A stretch of DNA of 28,111 nucleotides from an uncultured Thiobacillus sp. (GTDB lineage: Bacteria > Pseudomonadota > Gammaproteobacteria > Burkholderiales > Thiobacillaceae): positions 1 through 28,111 of the forward strand of contig CAZEOR010000001.1 in assembly GCA_964513695.1 (NCBI GenBank). Reading direction: 5' to 3'. Of this stretch, positions 7,208 to 14,883 are shown in pieces; the stretch's first letter is position 1, and every line of letters begins with the position of its first letter. Position numbers and translations under genes: made by a program. The notes under the pieces are model-generated. The model did not search any database. It was given only the letters and a program-made list of their open reading frames with translations, and had not been told where the DNA came from.

Positions 7208-8153
7208 AGCGCCCGAGCGGGGGCTGGGAACCCTGTTCCTGCCAGGTTTCCATGTCCGGGCCGCGGTAGCGGCACCAGGACTGGGGCGTCTCGTAGTTCA
7301 GGGTGTGGTGGTCGAAGCGATCCACCACGCGGGCGTTCACCACCCGCTTGAGATAACCGTAATCCAGCACGCAGCCGGTGACCGGGTCGATCCGGCCGCT
7401 CACCTTCACGTGCAGCACGTAGCGGTCGCCGTGCAGGTTGCTGCACTTGGCGGGATGGTCGGTGAGGAAGTGGGCGGAATCGAACACCACTTCCTTGCTC
7501 ACCGTGACTTCCGGGGTGTCCGGATGGAAGCGCGCCCAGACCACGGGCATGGCTTCCCGCCGCAGGAATTGGGCTGCCGCTTCGGCTTCGTCGGCGGAAG
7601 CGAAGGGCAGGAACAGAAATCCGGCATGCCGTTCGGCGGCATGGGCCAGATAGCATGCGTACCGCAAACGCTGTTCCGGCGGAGGCACCCTGGCGGGAAG
7701 CCAGGGGCCGACCAGATTGCGCTTTTGGGTGGACAGGCGATTCCTCGCCACCACCCGATGGGTGCCGGGGGCGTAGTGGTAGTCCTGGCGGAAGCAAAAA
7801 CCATAGGTGGACAGTTTGGCCAGATCCCAGAACAGCAGATCCAGCCAAGCCACCTCGCCTTCCACGTGGCACAGGCTGCCCGCTTCCCGCACCTTGCCGG
7901 CCAGGCGCAAGCCCGCCAGCACGGCCCGGGCCGCCTCGTCGGGAAGCGGACCCGCCAGGTAAGGCGGGGCCGCCCCGGCGTCCGCTTCGGCGTCCCCTTC
8001 CCCGATCCTGTCCGGAGACAGCAACAGGTCCAGGGGCAGGGTGTGGCGCGGGGCGTATTCCTGGAGGGGCAGGCCGCTGCACGCGAGCGGATGCCCGGTA
8101 TCCAGCCGCGCCTTGTCCACCAGTTCCGCGCCGCACTCCCGGCAAGCCACCAT
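7116..8153 (-). CDS. Fusion protein: N-terminal Zn-finger-like motif, unknown middle domain, C-terminal QueD/PTPS (T-fold) domain with apparent internal deletion
   Basis: ATG 8153 with GGAGAGAAGG SD, 17 nt after the fae stop. Begins CRECG...H.LAC.GL.LQEY..RH.LP.D. The C-terminal part has VSKEVVFDSAHF...KCSNLHGDRY...VLDYGYLK...RFDHHTLNY-ETPQSWCRYRG. Confidence 0.75.
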   Translation of the reverse strand: MVACRECGAELVDKARLDTGHPLACSGLPLQEYAPRHTLPLDLLLSPDRIGEGDAEADAGAAPPYLAGPLPDEAARAVLAGLRLAGKVREAGSLCHVEGEVAWLDLLFWDLAKLSTYGFCFRQDYHYAPGTHRVVARNRLSTQKRNLVGPWLPARVPPPEQRLRYACYLAHAAERHAGFLFLPFASADEAEAAAQFLRREAMPVVWARFHPDTPEVTVSKEVVFDSAHFLTDHPAKCSNLHGDRYVLHVKVSGRIDPVTGCVLDYGYLKRVVNARVVDRFDHHTLNYETPQSWCRYRGPDMETWQEQGSQPPLGRFTDPALGLSPWREALRPRVTDHARRQARPG

Positions 8154-8169
8154 GCCTTCTCTCCGCGGC

Positions 8170-8682
8170 TTAGACGTGGGCGGCGAAGGGATGGCCGGTG
8201 CTACCCTTCTTCGCCACCACTTCGGCGGCCGTGGGCGTGCCGGCGACGGCGCGCTTGATGGACTGCTTGGTGGCTTCGTAGTTGTAGTCCTGGATCTTGG
8301 CGTCGTCCTCGGCCTGCCAATGGATGAACACACCCACACTGATGAACAGGTTGTCGGCCTCGTCCATGGGAATGGTGCCGTCTTCCACGCAATCGGCCAC
8401 GGCCATGGCCACGCCGCGCTGGGCCGGCCCGAACATCTGCACCGCCTGTTTCGCGCCCTTGATGGTCACCTTGTTGAACATCATGGTGTTGGGCTTGCAG
8501 GGCAGATTGGGGGCCACCACCGCCAGCAGGCTGGTAAAGCCGTCCTTGTTGTTGACCAGGCCGTTGCAGAACGCCGTTTCGGCCGCGCTGCCGCGCGGTC
8601 CGATCAGCAGATCAATGTGGGCCACCTCGTTGCCGTCGCCCACCAGGGACTCACCTACCATTACGCGATCAATCTTTGCCAT
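8170..8682 (-). CDS. fae: Formaldehyde-activating enzyme
   Basis: [31 protein letters not shown]...[20 protein letters not shown]...GVFIHW...NYEATK. Strong AAGGAGG SD. Confidence 0.98.
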   Translation of the reverse strand: MAKIDRVMVGESLVGDGNEVAHIDLLIGPRGSAAETAFCNGLVNNKDGFTSLLAVVAPNLPCKPNTMMFNKVTIKGAKQAVQMFGPAQRGVAMAVADCVEDGTIPMDEADNLFISVGVFIHWQAEDDAKIQDYNYEATKQSIKRAVAGTPTAAEVVAKKGSTGHPFAAHV

Positions 8683-9613
8683 GACATCCTCCTTGAGTTG
8701 AAACGAAAAAAGTCGGCTCGGCTAACCAAAGGTCGCGTTCCGGCGCCGAGCCACCCACCGGTACACGTTGTGAATCGAAATCCGCCATGAGCAGGCGCTC
8801 CGCCAAGCAGGTCGCCACGGTCAGGTCAGCGCTGGTGCCGGGATTGATGCGGGCGGCTTTGAAGGCGTCATCCAGTTGTTCCAGATGGGGCCGGGCCGCC
8901 GCCCAGTCCGCGCAGCGGTCCAGTTCGGCCTGGCAGGCGGCGGCCTGGATCAGCACCGCCTCCGAGGATGCGGCGCCGTATTTGCGCAGCACATGGCTGT
9001 CCGGGAAGGCGGCCAGGAAGCCCATGAACGCGGTGGTCACCGCCTGTTCCTCGCCGTTCCAGCGGGCGCGCCCTTCGCGCAGACGGGGCAGGCCGATCTC
9101 GAACACATCGGAATAGACGTTGGTGTACTGGCGCGCGATGCGGTCCCGCGACGCCGCCTCGTGCATGGCCGCGAGCAGGGTGACGGCGGGCGGCTGGGCG
9201 ACGTCGTGGCGCTCGCTGCGGCCGAGGCCGGCGGGGTTGGCCAGGCGGATGGCGCGATACACCCAGTCCGCGTCCTCCCGGCCCAAGCCGGCCAGGGTGC
9301 GTTGCAGCCGCCGCAGGAAGGATTCATCCGGCAAGCGGCGCTGGGCGGCGTGGATCAGGGGCGCGGCCAGCAGCAGGATGCCCAGGTTGGTGTTGCAGGC
9401 CACCGTGTCCCAGGTGGCTTCCATGGCCCAGTAGACCCGCTCGCCCACCGTCAGCCCGGCGTCGCACAGGATGGGCGCGGCAACTTGGGCGCTGGCGCGG
9501 AAATCCTCCGCGCTCATGCCGTGGCCGGGGGAGTCCACGCTCACATTGCCCGGTTTCAGGGCCAGCACGTCCAGCTCGCAGGCGTGCAGGAAGGCTGCGG
9601 CGCAGGGGTTCAT
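8669..9613 (-). CDS. CitG-like triphosphoribosyl-dephospho-CoA synthase family protein (Orf7)
   Basis: [50 protein letters not shown] 9613 forms an ATGA overlap with orf5. The C-terminus overlaps the fae start by 14 nt. Confidence 0.9.
   Translation of the reverse strand: MNPCAAAFLHACELDVLALKPGNVSVDSPGHGMSAEDFRASAQVAAPILCDAGLTVGERVYWAMEATWDTVACNTNLGILLLAAPLIHAAQRRLPDESFLRRLQRTLAGLGREDADWVYRAIRLANPAGLGRSERHDVAQPPAVTLLAAMHEAASRDRIARQYTNVYSDVFEIGLPRLREGRARWNGEEQAVTTAFMGFLAAFPDSHVLRKYGAASSEAVLIQAAACQAELDRCADWAAARPHLEQLDDAFKAARINPGTSADLTVATCLAERLLMADFDSQRVPVGGSAPERDLWLAEPTFFVSTQGGCHGKD
8701..8756 (-). promoter_or_regulatory. GC stem-loop followed by U-tract just upstream of the fae SD (terminator/attenuator/stabiliser-like)
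   Basis: GGCTCGGC (8715-8722) and GCCGAGCC (8745-8752) are perfect reverse complements. On the minus strand the stem is followed by GAC-TTTTTT. Confidence 0.4.
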
Positions 9614-10536
9614 GCCCGCAACTCCCGGCGCGTGCGGGCGAGATGGCGGTCGATCAGATCGTCGGCCAGCATCTGGGCGATGTCGGCCTTCGTCACGCTT
9701 TGCAGGCCGCGCCAGGCGGGGATGCTGTTCACCTCCAGCACGGTCAGGCGGCCGTCCCGGTCGCGCATCACATCCACGCCGGCGTAATCCATCTCCAGGG
9801 CGCGGGTCGCGGCTTCCGCCAGGCGGTACAGCTCCGGGTCGGCGGGCGCCGGCGCGCAGGCGGCGCCCTGGGCCACGTTGTTGATCCAGGAGGCGCCCCG
9901 GCGCGTCATGGCGGCGCGGGCGGAACCGCCCACCACCAGCACCCGGTAGTCTTCCCAGCCGGCCGCTTCGTCCGAAGGGCCGACGTAGCGTTGCAGGTAA
10001 TACACGCCCTGGCAGTCGCACACCGGCGGCAGGTCGGCGGGCGTGGCCAGGCGGCGCAGGCCCTTGCCCTGGGAACCGAACAGGGGCTTCAGCACCAGCT
10101 CGTTGCCGCGCGCGCTTTCCCGCATGAGGATGCCGCGCGCCTGGGCCTCGGATTCGGCGGCCCAGGTGGCGGGCGTCGGCACGCCGGACACCTTGAGCAG
10201 GAGGCTGGTCATGGCCTTGTCCACGCTCTTCTCGATGGCCCGGGCAGGGTTGTAGACCGGCACGCCCAGCGCCGGCAGGACATGCAGGAAATCCAGGCGC
10301 AGCACCACCTGCTCCAGGCTGCCGCCCGACACCCCGCGCACGAAGGCGGCGTCCGGCAGGCGCTCCTCGAAGCCGGGGATGACGATGCCGCCCAGCAAGT
10401 CGGCCCCCTCCAGGTCCACCCGGCAATCGGCCAGTGCCACGTAGACCGCCTCGTAGCCGCGCCGGGCGAAGGCCTGCGTCAGACGCTTGCCGTGCCAGCC
10501 CGGATCGTCGGTGAAGAGGGCGATGCGGCCGGTCAT
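9610..10536 (-). CDS. RimK-like ATP-grasp glutamate ligase (Orf5; H4MPT/methylofuran glutamylation family)
   Basis: [79 protein letters not shown]. Confidence 0.9.
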   Translation of the reverse strand: MTGRIALFTDDPGWHGKRLTQAFARRGYEAVYVALADCRVDLEGADLLGGIVIPGFEERLPDAAFVRGVSGGSLEQVVLRLDFLHVLPALGVPVYNPARAIEKSVDKAMTSLLLKVSGVPTPATWAAESEAQARGILMRESARGNELVLKPLFGSQGKGLRRLATPADLPPVCDCQGVYYLQRYVGPSDEAAGWEDYRVLVVGGSARAAMTRRGASWINNVAQGAACAPAPADPELYRLAEAATRALEMDYAGVDVMRDRDGRLTVLEVNSIPAWRGLQSVTKADIAQMLADDLIDRHLARTRRELRA

Positions 10537-11498
10537 GCGAACGAACGCTCCAGCAGTTCGGCGTTCAGCCGCCCCGCCCGGAAGCTGCGTCCCGAGGCCA
10601 GGCTGGTCACCGTCACCCGGGCCGGGGCGAACAGCAGCGGATCGATCTTATAGAAGTCGTGGCCGGCCGCCTTGAACACCTGAGCGAAGGGCTGGCCGTA
10701 GTCGGCGGAGGCCTCGCTGGGCAGGCGCTTCGCCAGATCCTCGGCGGCGGCTTCCGCGCCGGACACGAAAAGCTGTACCCGGCCGCCGAACAGGATGGCG
10801 TCGTTGGTGCGGCCCATGGCGGTGAGGAAATCCGGCGAGGGCGGGCAGAGCGGTGCCGTGCCCATGCCGTCGACGATGTGCTCCAGGGGAAAGCCGAGGA
10901 AGTGGGCCTTGTGCAGGGCCACTTCCAGCACCCGCGCCACCACCTGCACGCTGCCGGCCAGACTGGTGGTGGGGGTGAGGATGAGGGTGAGGTTCTCCGG
11001 CGCCACCTTGCACTGGTCGGCGATCTTGTCGAGCAGGGGCAGGGGCGGCGTCCTGTCGGTCTCCAGCACCAGGCAGGCGCTGGTCGAACCGTCCCGGTAA
11101 CCCAGTTCGGCGAACAGTTCCTCCTTGCCGGCAAGGGCGCGGCCGGGGCCGGAGCCGAGGGCGAAGAAGCCGCCCTTGCCCTCGCCGTGGGCCAGGCTCC
11201 AGCCCGCGTACTGGCTGCCCAGGCAGGCCAGCACCGGCTGGGCGGTGGACACCGCGAGTTCCCAGGGCCAGCCGGCGTCGGCGCCGCCGGGATGCAGGGC
11301 CACGCGGCCGAGACCGCCCAGGCATATTTCGGCGATGCGGCGGCCGGCTTCGATGCCGCCGGGGACCTGGATGCCCGCGTCGACGATGCGCGTGCCGTTG
11401 TCCTGGCGCGAGACGGCCAGGCGCAGTTCGTCGGCCTGTTCCACCAGGCGTTCCACCAGGGGAGCGGTCAGTGTGTTGATGCTGGGTCGGGTGTTCAT
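10533..11498 (-). CDS. mch: Methenyltetrahydromethanopterin cyclohydrolase
   Basis: [81 protein letters not shown]. Confidence 0.97.
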   Translation of the reverse strand: MNTRPSINTLTAPLVERLVEQADELRLAVSRQDNGTRIVDAGIQVPGGIEAGRRIAEICLGGLGRVALHPGGADAGWPWELAVSTAQPVLACLGSQYAGWSLAHGEGKGGFFALGSGPGRALAGKEELFAELGYRDGSTSACLVLETDRTPPLPLLDKIADQCKVAPENLTLILTPTTSLAGSVQVVARVLEVALHKAHFLGFPLEHIVDGMGTAPLCPPSPDFLTAMGRTNDAILFGGRVQLFVSGAEAAAEDLAKRLPSEASADYGQPFAQVFKAAGHDFYKIDPLLFAPARVTVTSLASGRSFRAGRLNAELLERSFA

Positions 11499-12637
11499 GA
11501 GCGGTTCGCGAGACAGGCGGAATGGATGTGCACCAGGCGTTCCAGAATGATCCGGCGCCGGGACAGGGCAAGGGTTTCCGCGCCAGCGGCGTCTTCAGCC
11601 AGGGCGCGAACGGTGCATACCGGCTCGCCGGGCGGGATGTTCACGCCGCTCCGGGGCAGGTCGGCGCACCATTCCGGCCAGGGGAAGCCCGGGGGAATGC
11701 GCACCGGCGCCGGCGCGTAGGCCACTGCGACGGCGCGCGCGCCAGCCGGTCCGGGCAGGGCTTCCGGCAATTCGCCCCGGCAGGCCCGGACGTGCAGGTC
11801 GAACAAGGCGGGCAGCGGGTCCGCGTCCCACAGTTCCAGGGTGGCGGTGGGCCGGGGATTGAGTTCCAGCAGGTTCCAGCTTTCGCCGTCCAGCATGAAA
11901 TCCAGGCCGTTCAGGCCCACCAGGCCCAGTTCGGCGGTGAGGGCGCGGGCCGCTTCCAGCGCCCCGGCTTGCACGGAGTCCGGCAGCCCGGCCAGGGCGA
12001 CTGCGCCGGAATAGGCCCAGGGCGTCGGCGCCGCCGGCGGCGCCGGCAACATGCGGTTGAAACCCACCGGGAGGATGGCGTGGCCGTTAGCGAGGAACAG
12101 CAGGGAACAGGGTGTGCCGGGTACCTGACGCTGGAAGTAGTCGTCCGGCCGCGCGTCGGCTTGCGCGGCGCGGCGGATGTGCAGGCCGCCACTGGCGCCG
12201 GCCCGTTTGACCAGCCAACCGGCGGGATCGGGGGGGGGTGTCGTCCGGGTCTCCGGATGGGGCAGGCCGAGACGGCGCGCCAGATCGAAAAAGTAGGCGG
12301 GGTCGTTGGCCCGCGCCAGGCTTTCCGGGGCGTTGCCGAACAAGGTCCGGCCCCGGGCCAGCCGTTCCAGCAAGGCCGGTTGGGACTCGAAGCCGGAACC
12401 GTAGACCAGCCCGGCGCAGCGCCCTGCCGGGCAGAGCCGGTCGGCGCTGGCCACGAGGGCGTCGGCCTCGAACTCCCAGGCGTCGTTCAGGGGCGCTTTT
12501 TCCCAGGCCCGGGCCAAATCGCAGGTGTCCCGGTCGGCGAAGGCATCCATGCCCGCCGCGTGGCCGCCGGCACGCGCCGCCGCCTGGGCCAGGCCGCGTC
12601 CGGACAGGGAAACCAGGAGGAAAGCCTCAGGCCGCAT
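11495..12637 (-). CDS. ATP-grasp protein OrfY
   Basis: [74 protein letters not shown]. Start at ATG 12637 overlapping the mtdB 3' end. Confidence 0.85.
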   Translation of the reverse strand: MRPEAFLLVSLSGRGLAQAAARAGGHAAGMDAFADRDTCDLARAWEKAPLNDAWEFEADALVASADRLCPAGRCAGLVYGSGFESQPALLERLARGRTLFGNAPESLARANDPAYFFDLARRLGLPHPETRTTPPPDPAGWLVKRAGASGGLHIRRAAQADARPDDYFQRQVPGTPCSLLFLANGHAILPVGFNRMLPAPPAAPTPWAYSGAVALAGLPDSVQAGALEAARALTAELGLVGLNGLDFMLDGESWNLLELNPRPTATLELWDADPLPALFDLHVRACRGELPEALPGPAGARAVAVAYAPAPVRIPPGFPWPEWCADLPRSGVNIPPGEPVCTVRALAEDAAGAETLALSRRRIILERLVHIHSACLANRS

Positions 12638-13529
12638 GCCCGCGCGCCTCGTCCAGGCATTCCGCGAAGCCCAGGTAGAGCGGCTTCTCCGCCGCCCGCA
12701 TCCGTTGCAGCAAGCCCTGCTGCACCTTGTACTTGACGTTGCCGATGGCCAGGGGGCCGATGGCCACGGCCTTGCCGGAGGCGGCGGCCAGGGGCGCGGC
12801 GTCGTCCATGACGCCGATGCCCTCGATGCCGGCCGGCGGCACTGCGTTGATGTCCGCCGCCACCAGCAGGCGCGAGGCCAGGGCGAGATGGGCCGGGGCA
12901 ATGACCTGCACCCCCGCCTTTGCCGTGGCGAGCAAGACTTCGCTTTCCGCGACCAGAGTGTCCTTCTCAGCCACACCGCTCGCGTCGGCGGCGGCGATGG
13001 CGGTGCCGAAGCGCGCGTTCAGAAACGTTACCGCCTCCTGGGCGCGGGCGATGCCATCATGGCCAGGGATGGTGACTTCGGCGCCGGCTTGCGCCGCCAG
13101 CGCCGCCGCGATCATGCCCACCGGGCCGGTACCGCCGAACACTGCGACACGGCGCCCGGCCAGGGTCAGCCCGTGGGACTTGGCCAGTGCCCGCTCCACC
13201 TTGGCGACCATGGCGGCCGCCGTGGTGAAGGCGCCGCTGGGATCGGCGAACACCGACACTTCGAAGGGCGGCACCATGGCCTTGCGCGCCGCCTCCAGCA
13301 TGTCGCTGGCCAACACCGCGTCGCGGCCGCCGATGAAGATGCCGGTGCGTTTCACGCCCCTGGGGCCGCGTGAGAAGATGGCATCCTGGGTGAAGCCGGC
13401 GATGTCCTCAAGGCCGACGCCAGCATAGGGGATCACCGCGTCCCAGCCCGCGTCGTAGGCCATGTTCACATCGAAGGGGCTGACCCGGGCGCCGGGCGTG
13501 GCGAAGTGGAGGAGGAAGGGCTTTTCCAT
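12627..13529 (-). CDS. mtdB: NAD(P)-dependent methylene-H4MPT dehydrogenase
   Basis: SPFDVNMAYDAGW, QDAIFSRGP, GIFIGGRD, DPSGAFTTAAAMVA, Rossmann GGTGPVG, GPLAIGNVKYK. N-terminus is MtdB-type rather than MtdA-type. Confidence 0.93.
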   Translation of the reverse strand: MEKPFLLHFATPGARVSPFDVNMAYDAGWDAVIPYAGVGLEDIAGFTQDAIFSRGPRGVKRTGIFIGGRDAVLASDMLEAARKAMVPPFEVSVFADPSGAFTTAAAMVAKVERALAKSHGLTLAGRRVAVFGGTGPVGMIAAALAAQAGAEVTIPGHDGIARAQEAVTFLNARFGTAIAAADASGVAEKDTLVAESEVLLATAKAGVQVIAPAHLALASRLLVAADINAVPPAGIEGIGVMDDAAPLAAASGKAVAIGPLAIGNVKYKVQQGLLQRMRAAEKPLYLGFAECLDEARGHAA

Positions 13530-13568
13530 GATCTGATTTCCAGTTGTCGTTATTCACCGTACCCGGCG

Positions 13569-14600
13569 TTACCCGGCAGCGGCGCGCAGGGAGCGCATCT
13601 CGCCGGTGATGTCAGCGCCCCGGTTACGGGCGGCGCAGACCATGAATTCCAGGCCCGCGTCGGCCAGTTCCACGCGGGCGGCCCGGGCCAGACCGTGGGC
13701 CGCGACTTCGGAATCGACCAGGGCGAAACCGGTGGGGCCCCAGGAGCTTTGCCCGATGCCGGCGGCGCCGTGTTCGCGCAGCCAGGCCAGGGCGCGGCTG
13801 ACGCGGGGGCTGGCATAGCGGCCGCCCTGGGCGGGGGCGAAATGATCGCCGACCAGATCCTGGATGCCGCTGACGGCGGCGCCGAAGCCCTGGATGTCCT
13901 GTTCCGCCAGGGCCGGCAGGGCGCCCATCAGGGCCAGCCGGCAGAGCTGGCCGGCGCGTTCCTCGGAGAATCTGGGCAGATCGGCGAAGGCCTGTTTCTC
14001 CTGGGCGCCGTGCAGGCCCTTGAAGCCGTGGTCGAATACCAGCAGCAGGCGCCAGGCGGCGGGGAATTCCATGCGGACGATGGCGGTGGGCGGCTCATCC
14101 TGGTCGCCGCGCCGGCCGCCGTCCACCAGGAAGCCGCCCTGGCCGAACAGGCCCAGGCCGATGCCCGAGCGGCCGCCCCGGCCCAGGGCGCGGGCGATGT
14201 CCCGGGCCGGCCAGTCGATGTCGTGCAGCCGCGCCAGCGCGGTACCCACCGCCAGGGCGAGCTGGGTGCCGGAACCCAGGCCGGCGTGGTCGGGAATGGC
14301 CTGCTCAACCCGGATATGGGCTCCGGAATGGGCTCCAGTTCGGGCACCCGATGTGATGTCTCCCGACCCGAAGCCCAACGCGGCGAGGGCGCGGCGCCCG
14401 TAGTCGGCGGCCCGCTCGGCCTGGGGCCCTTCGGCGTAAACGCCTTCGGCCGGGCTGACGGTGACCCGCGCCGCCAGTTCGTCCAGGGCCAGGCCCAGGC
14501 TGCCGAAGCGTCTGCCCAGGCCGCCATTGAGGTCGAGAAACCCCATATGCAGCCGTGCCGGAGCATGGACGGTGACGCTTTGGAACACTGCCAGGGACAT
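13569..14600 (-). CDS. mptG: Beta-ribofuranosylaminobenzene 5'-phosphate synthase (GHMP family)
   Basis: APARLHMGFLD...FGSLG, IPDHAGLGSGTQ, GRGGRSGIG, GGFLVDGG, GQSSWGPTGFA, ARNRGA. ATG 14600 has the better SD. ATG 14612 is an alternative start. Confidence 0.93.
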   Translation of the reverse strand: MSLAVFQSVTVHAPARLHMGFLDLNGGLGRRFGSLGLALDELAARVTVSPAEGVYAEGPQAERAADYGRRALAALGFGSGDITSGARTGAHSGAHIRVEQAIPDHAGLGSGTQLALAVGTALARLHDIDWPARDIARALGRGGRSGIGLGLFGQGGFLVDGGRRGDQDEPPTAIVRMEFPAAWRLLLVFDHGFKGLHGAQEKQAFADLPRFSEERAGQLCRLALMGALPALAEQDIQGFGAAVSGIQDLVGDHFAPAQGGRYASPRVSRALAWLREHGAAGIGQSSWGPTGFALVDSEVAAHGLARAARVELADAGLEFMVCAARNRGADITGEMRSLRAAAG

Positions 14601-14635
14601 GGTTTTTTCCATCGATGGGCTTGGGCAACATCAAT

Positions 14636-14651
14636 AGCAAGCCCCATGCCA
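14636..14651 (-). promoter_or_regulatory. Sigma54 (-24/-12) promoter for the mptG operon
   Basis: Minus strand TGGCATGGGGCTTGCT gives exact GG-N10-GC with TGGCA and TTGCT. Predicted +1 near 14625. Confidence 0.7.
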
Positions 14652-14669
14652 TGGGGAAATCTCCTTGCC

Positions 14670-14682
14670 AATCAAACTCCTA
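14670..14682 (+). promoter_or_regulatory. IHF-like site
   Basis: AATCAA-ACTC-CTA versus WATCAANNNNTTR, one mismatch. Lies between the sigma54 promoter and the palindrome. Confidence 0.35.
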
Positions 14683-14703
14683 GCGAGAAGCGGCGGGGCC
14701 GGC

Positions 14704-14720
14704 CGTGACACAGTGTCACG
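14704..14720. promoter_or_regulatory. Perfect palindrome CGTGACAC-A-GTGTCACG, candidate upstream activator site
   Basis: 8-bp arms. The half-site CCGTGACA recurs at 14736-14743. Located between two divergent sigma54 motifs. Confidence 0.55.
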
Positions 14721-14778
14721 AGGCTTGTGCCAGCGCCGTGACAGGAAAGCCGGCGGGAGCGAAGCACCGGGCCGCGCG

Positions 14779-14791
14779 GAAGGTATTGATT
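14779..14791 (-). promoter_or_regulatory. IHF-like site
   Basis: Minus strand AATCAA-TACC-TTC versus WATCAANNNNTTR, one mismatch. Lies between the palindrome and the rightward sigma54 promoter. Confidence 0.35.
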
Positions 14792-14832
14792 CCCCGACGG
14801 ACCGGCTCGGGTTCGTCGACTTTGCCAAGACA

Positions 14833-14848
14833 TGGCACGATCCCTGCA
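14833..14848 (+). promoter_or_regulatory. Sigma54 (-24/-12) promoter for fhcBADC
   Basis: TGGCACGATCCCTGCA equals TGGCACG-N4-(C)TGCA with exact GG-N10-GC. Predicted +1 near 14859. Confidence 0.7.
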
Positions 14849-14883
14849 TAGTTGCTCGGCCCTCTCTGGAAGACACATCGCCC

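Noticed and set aside
7500-8050. Intact intein in the QueD fusion
   Set aside because: No C-terminal His-Asn-(Cys/Ser/Thr) splice junction or clear block A is visible. Only a loose LAGLIDADG-like resemblance remains.
14665-14883. N-terminal 73 codons of the 518-aa ORF as part of FhcB
   Set aside because: No FhcB-like sequence. The region holds the palindrome and the sigma54 promoter, so translation should start downstream, near GTG 14884.
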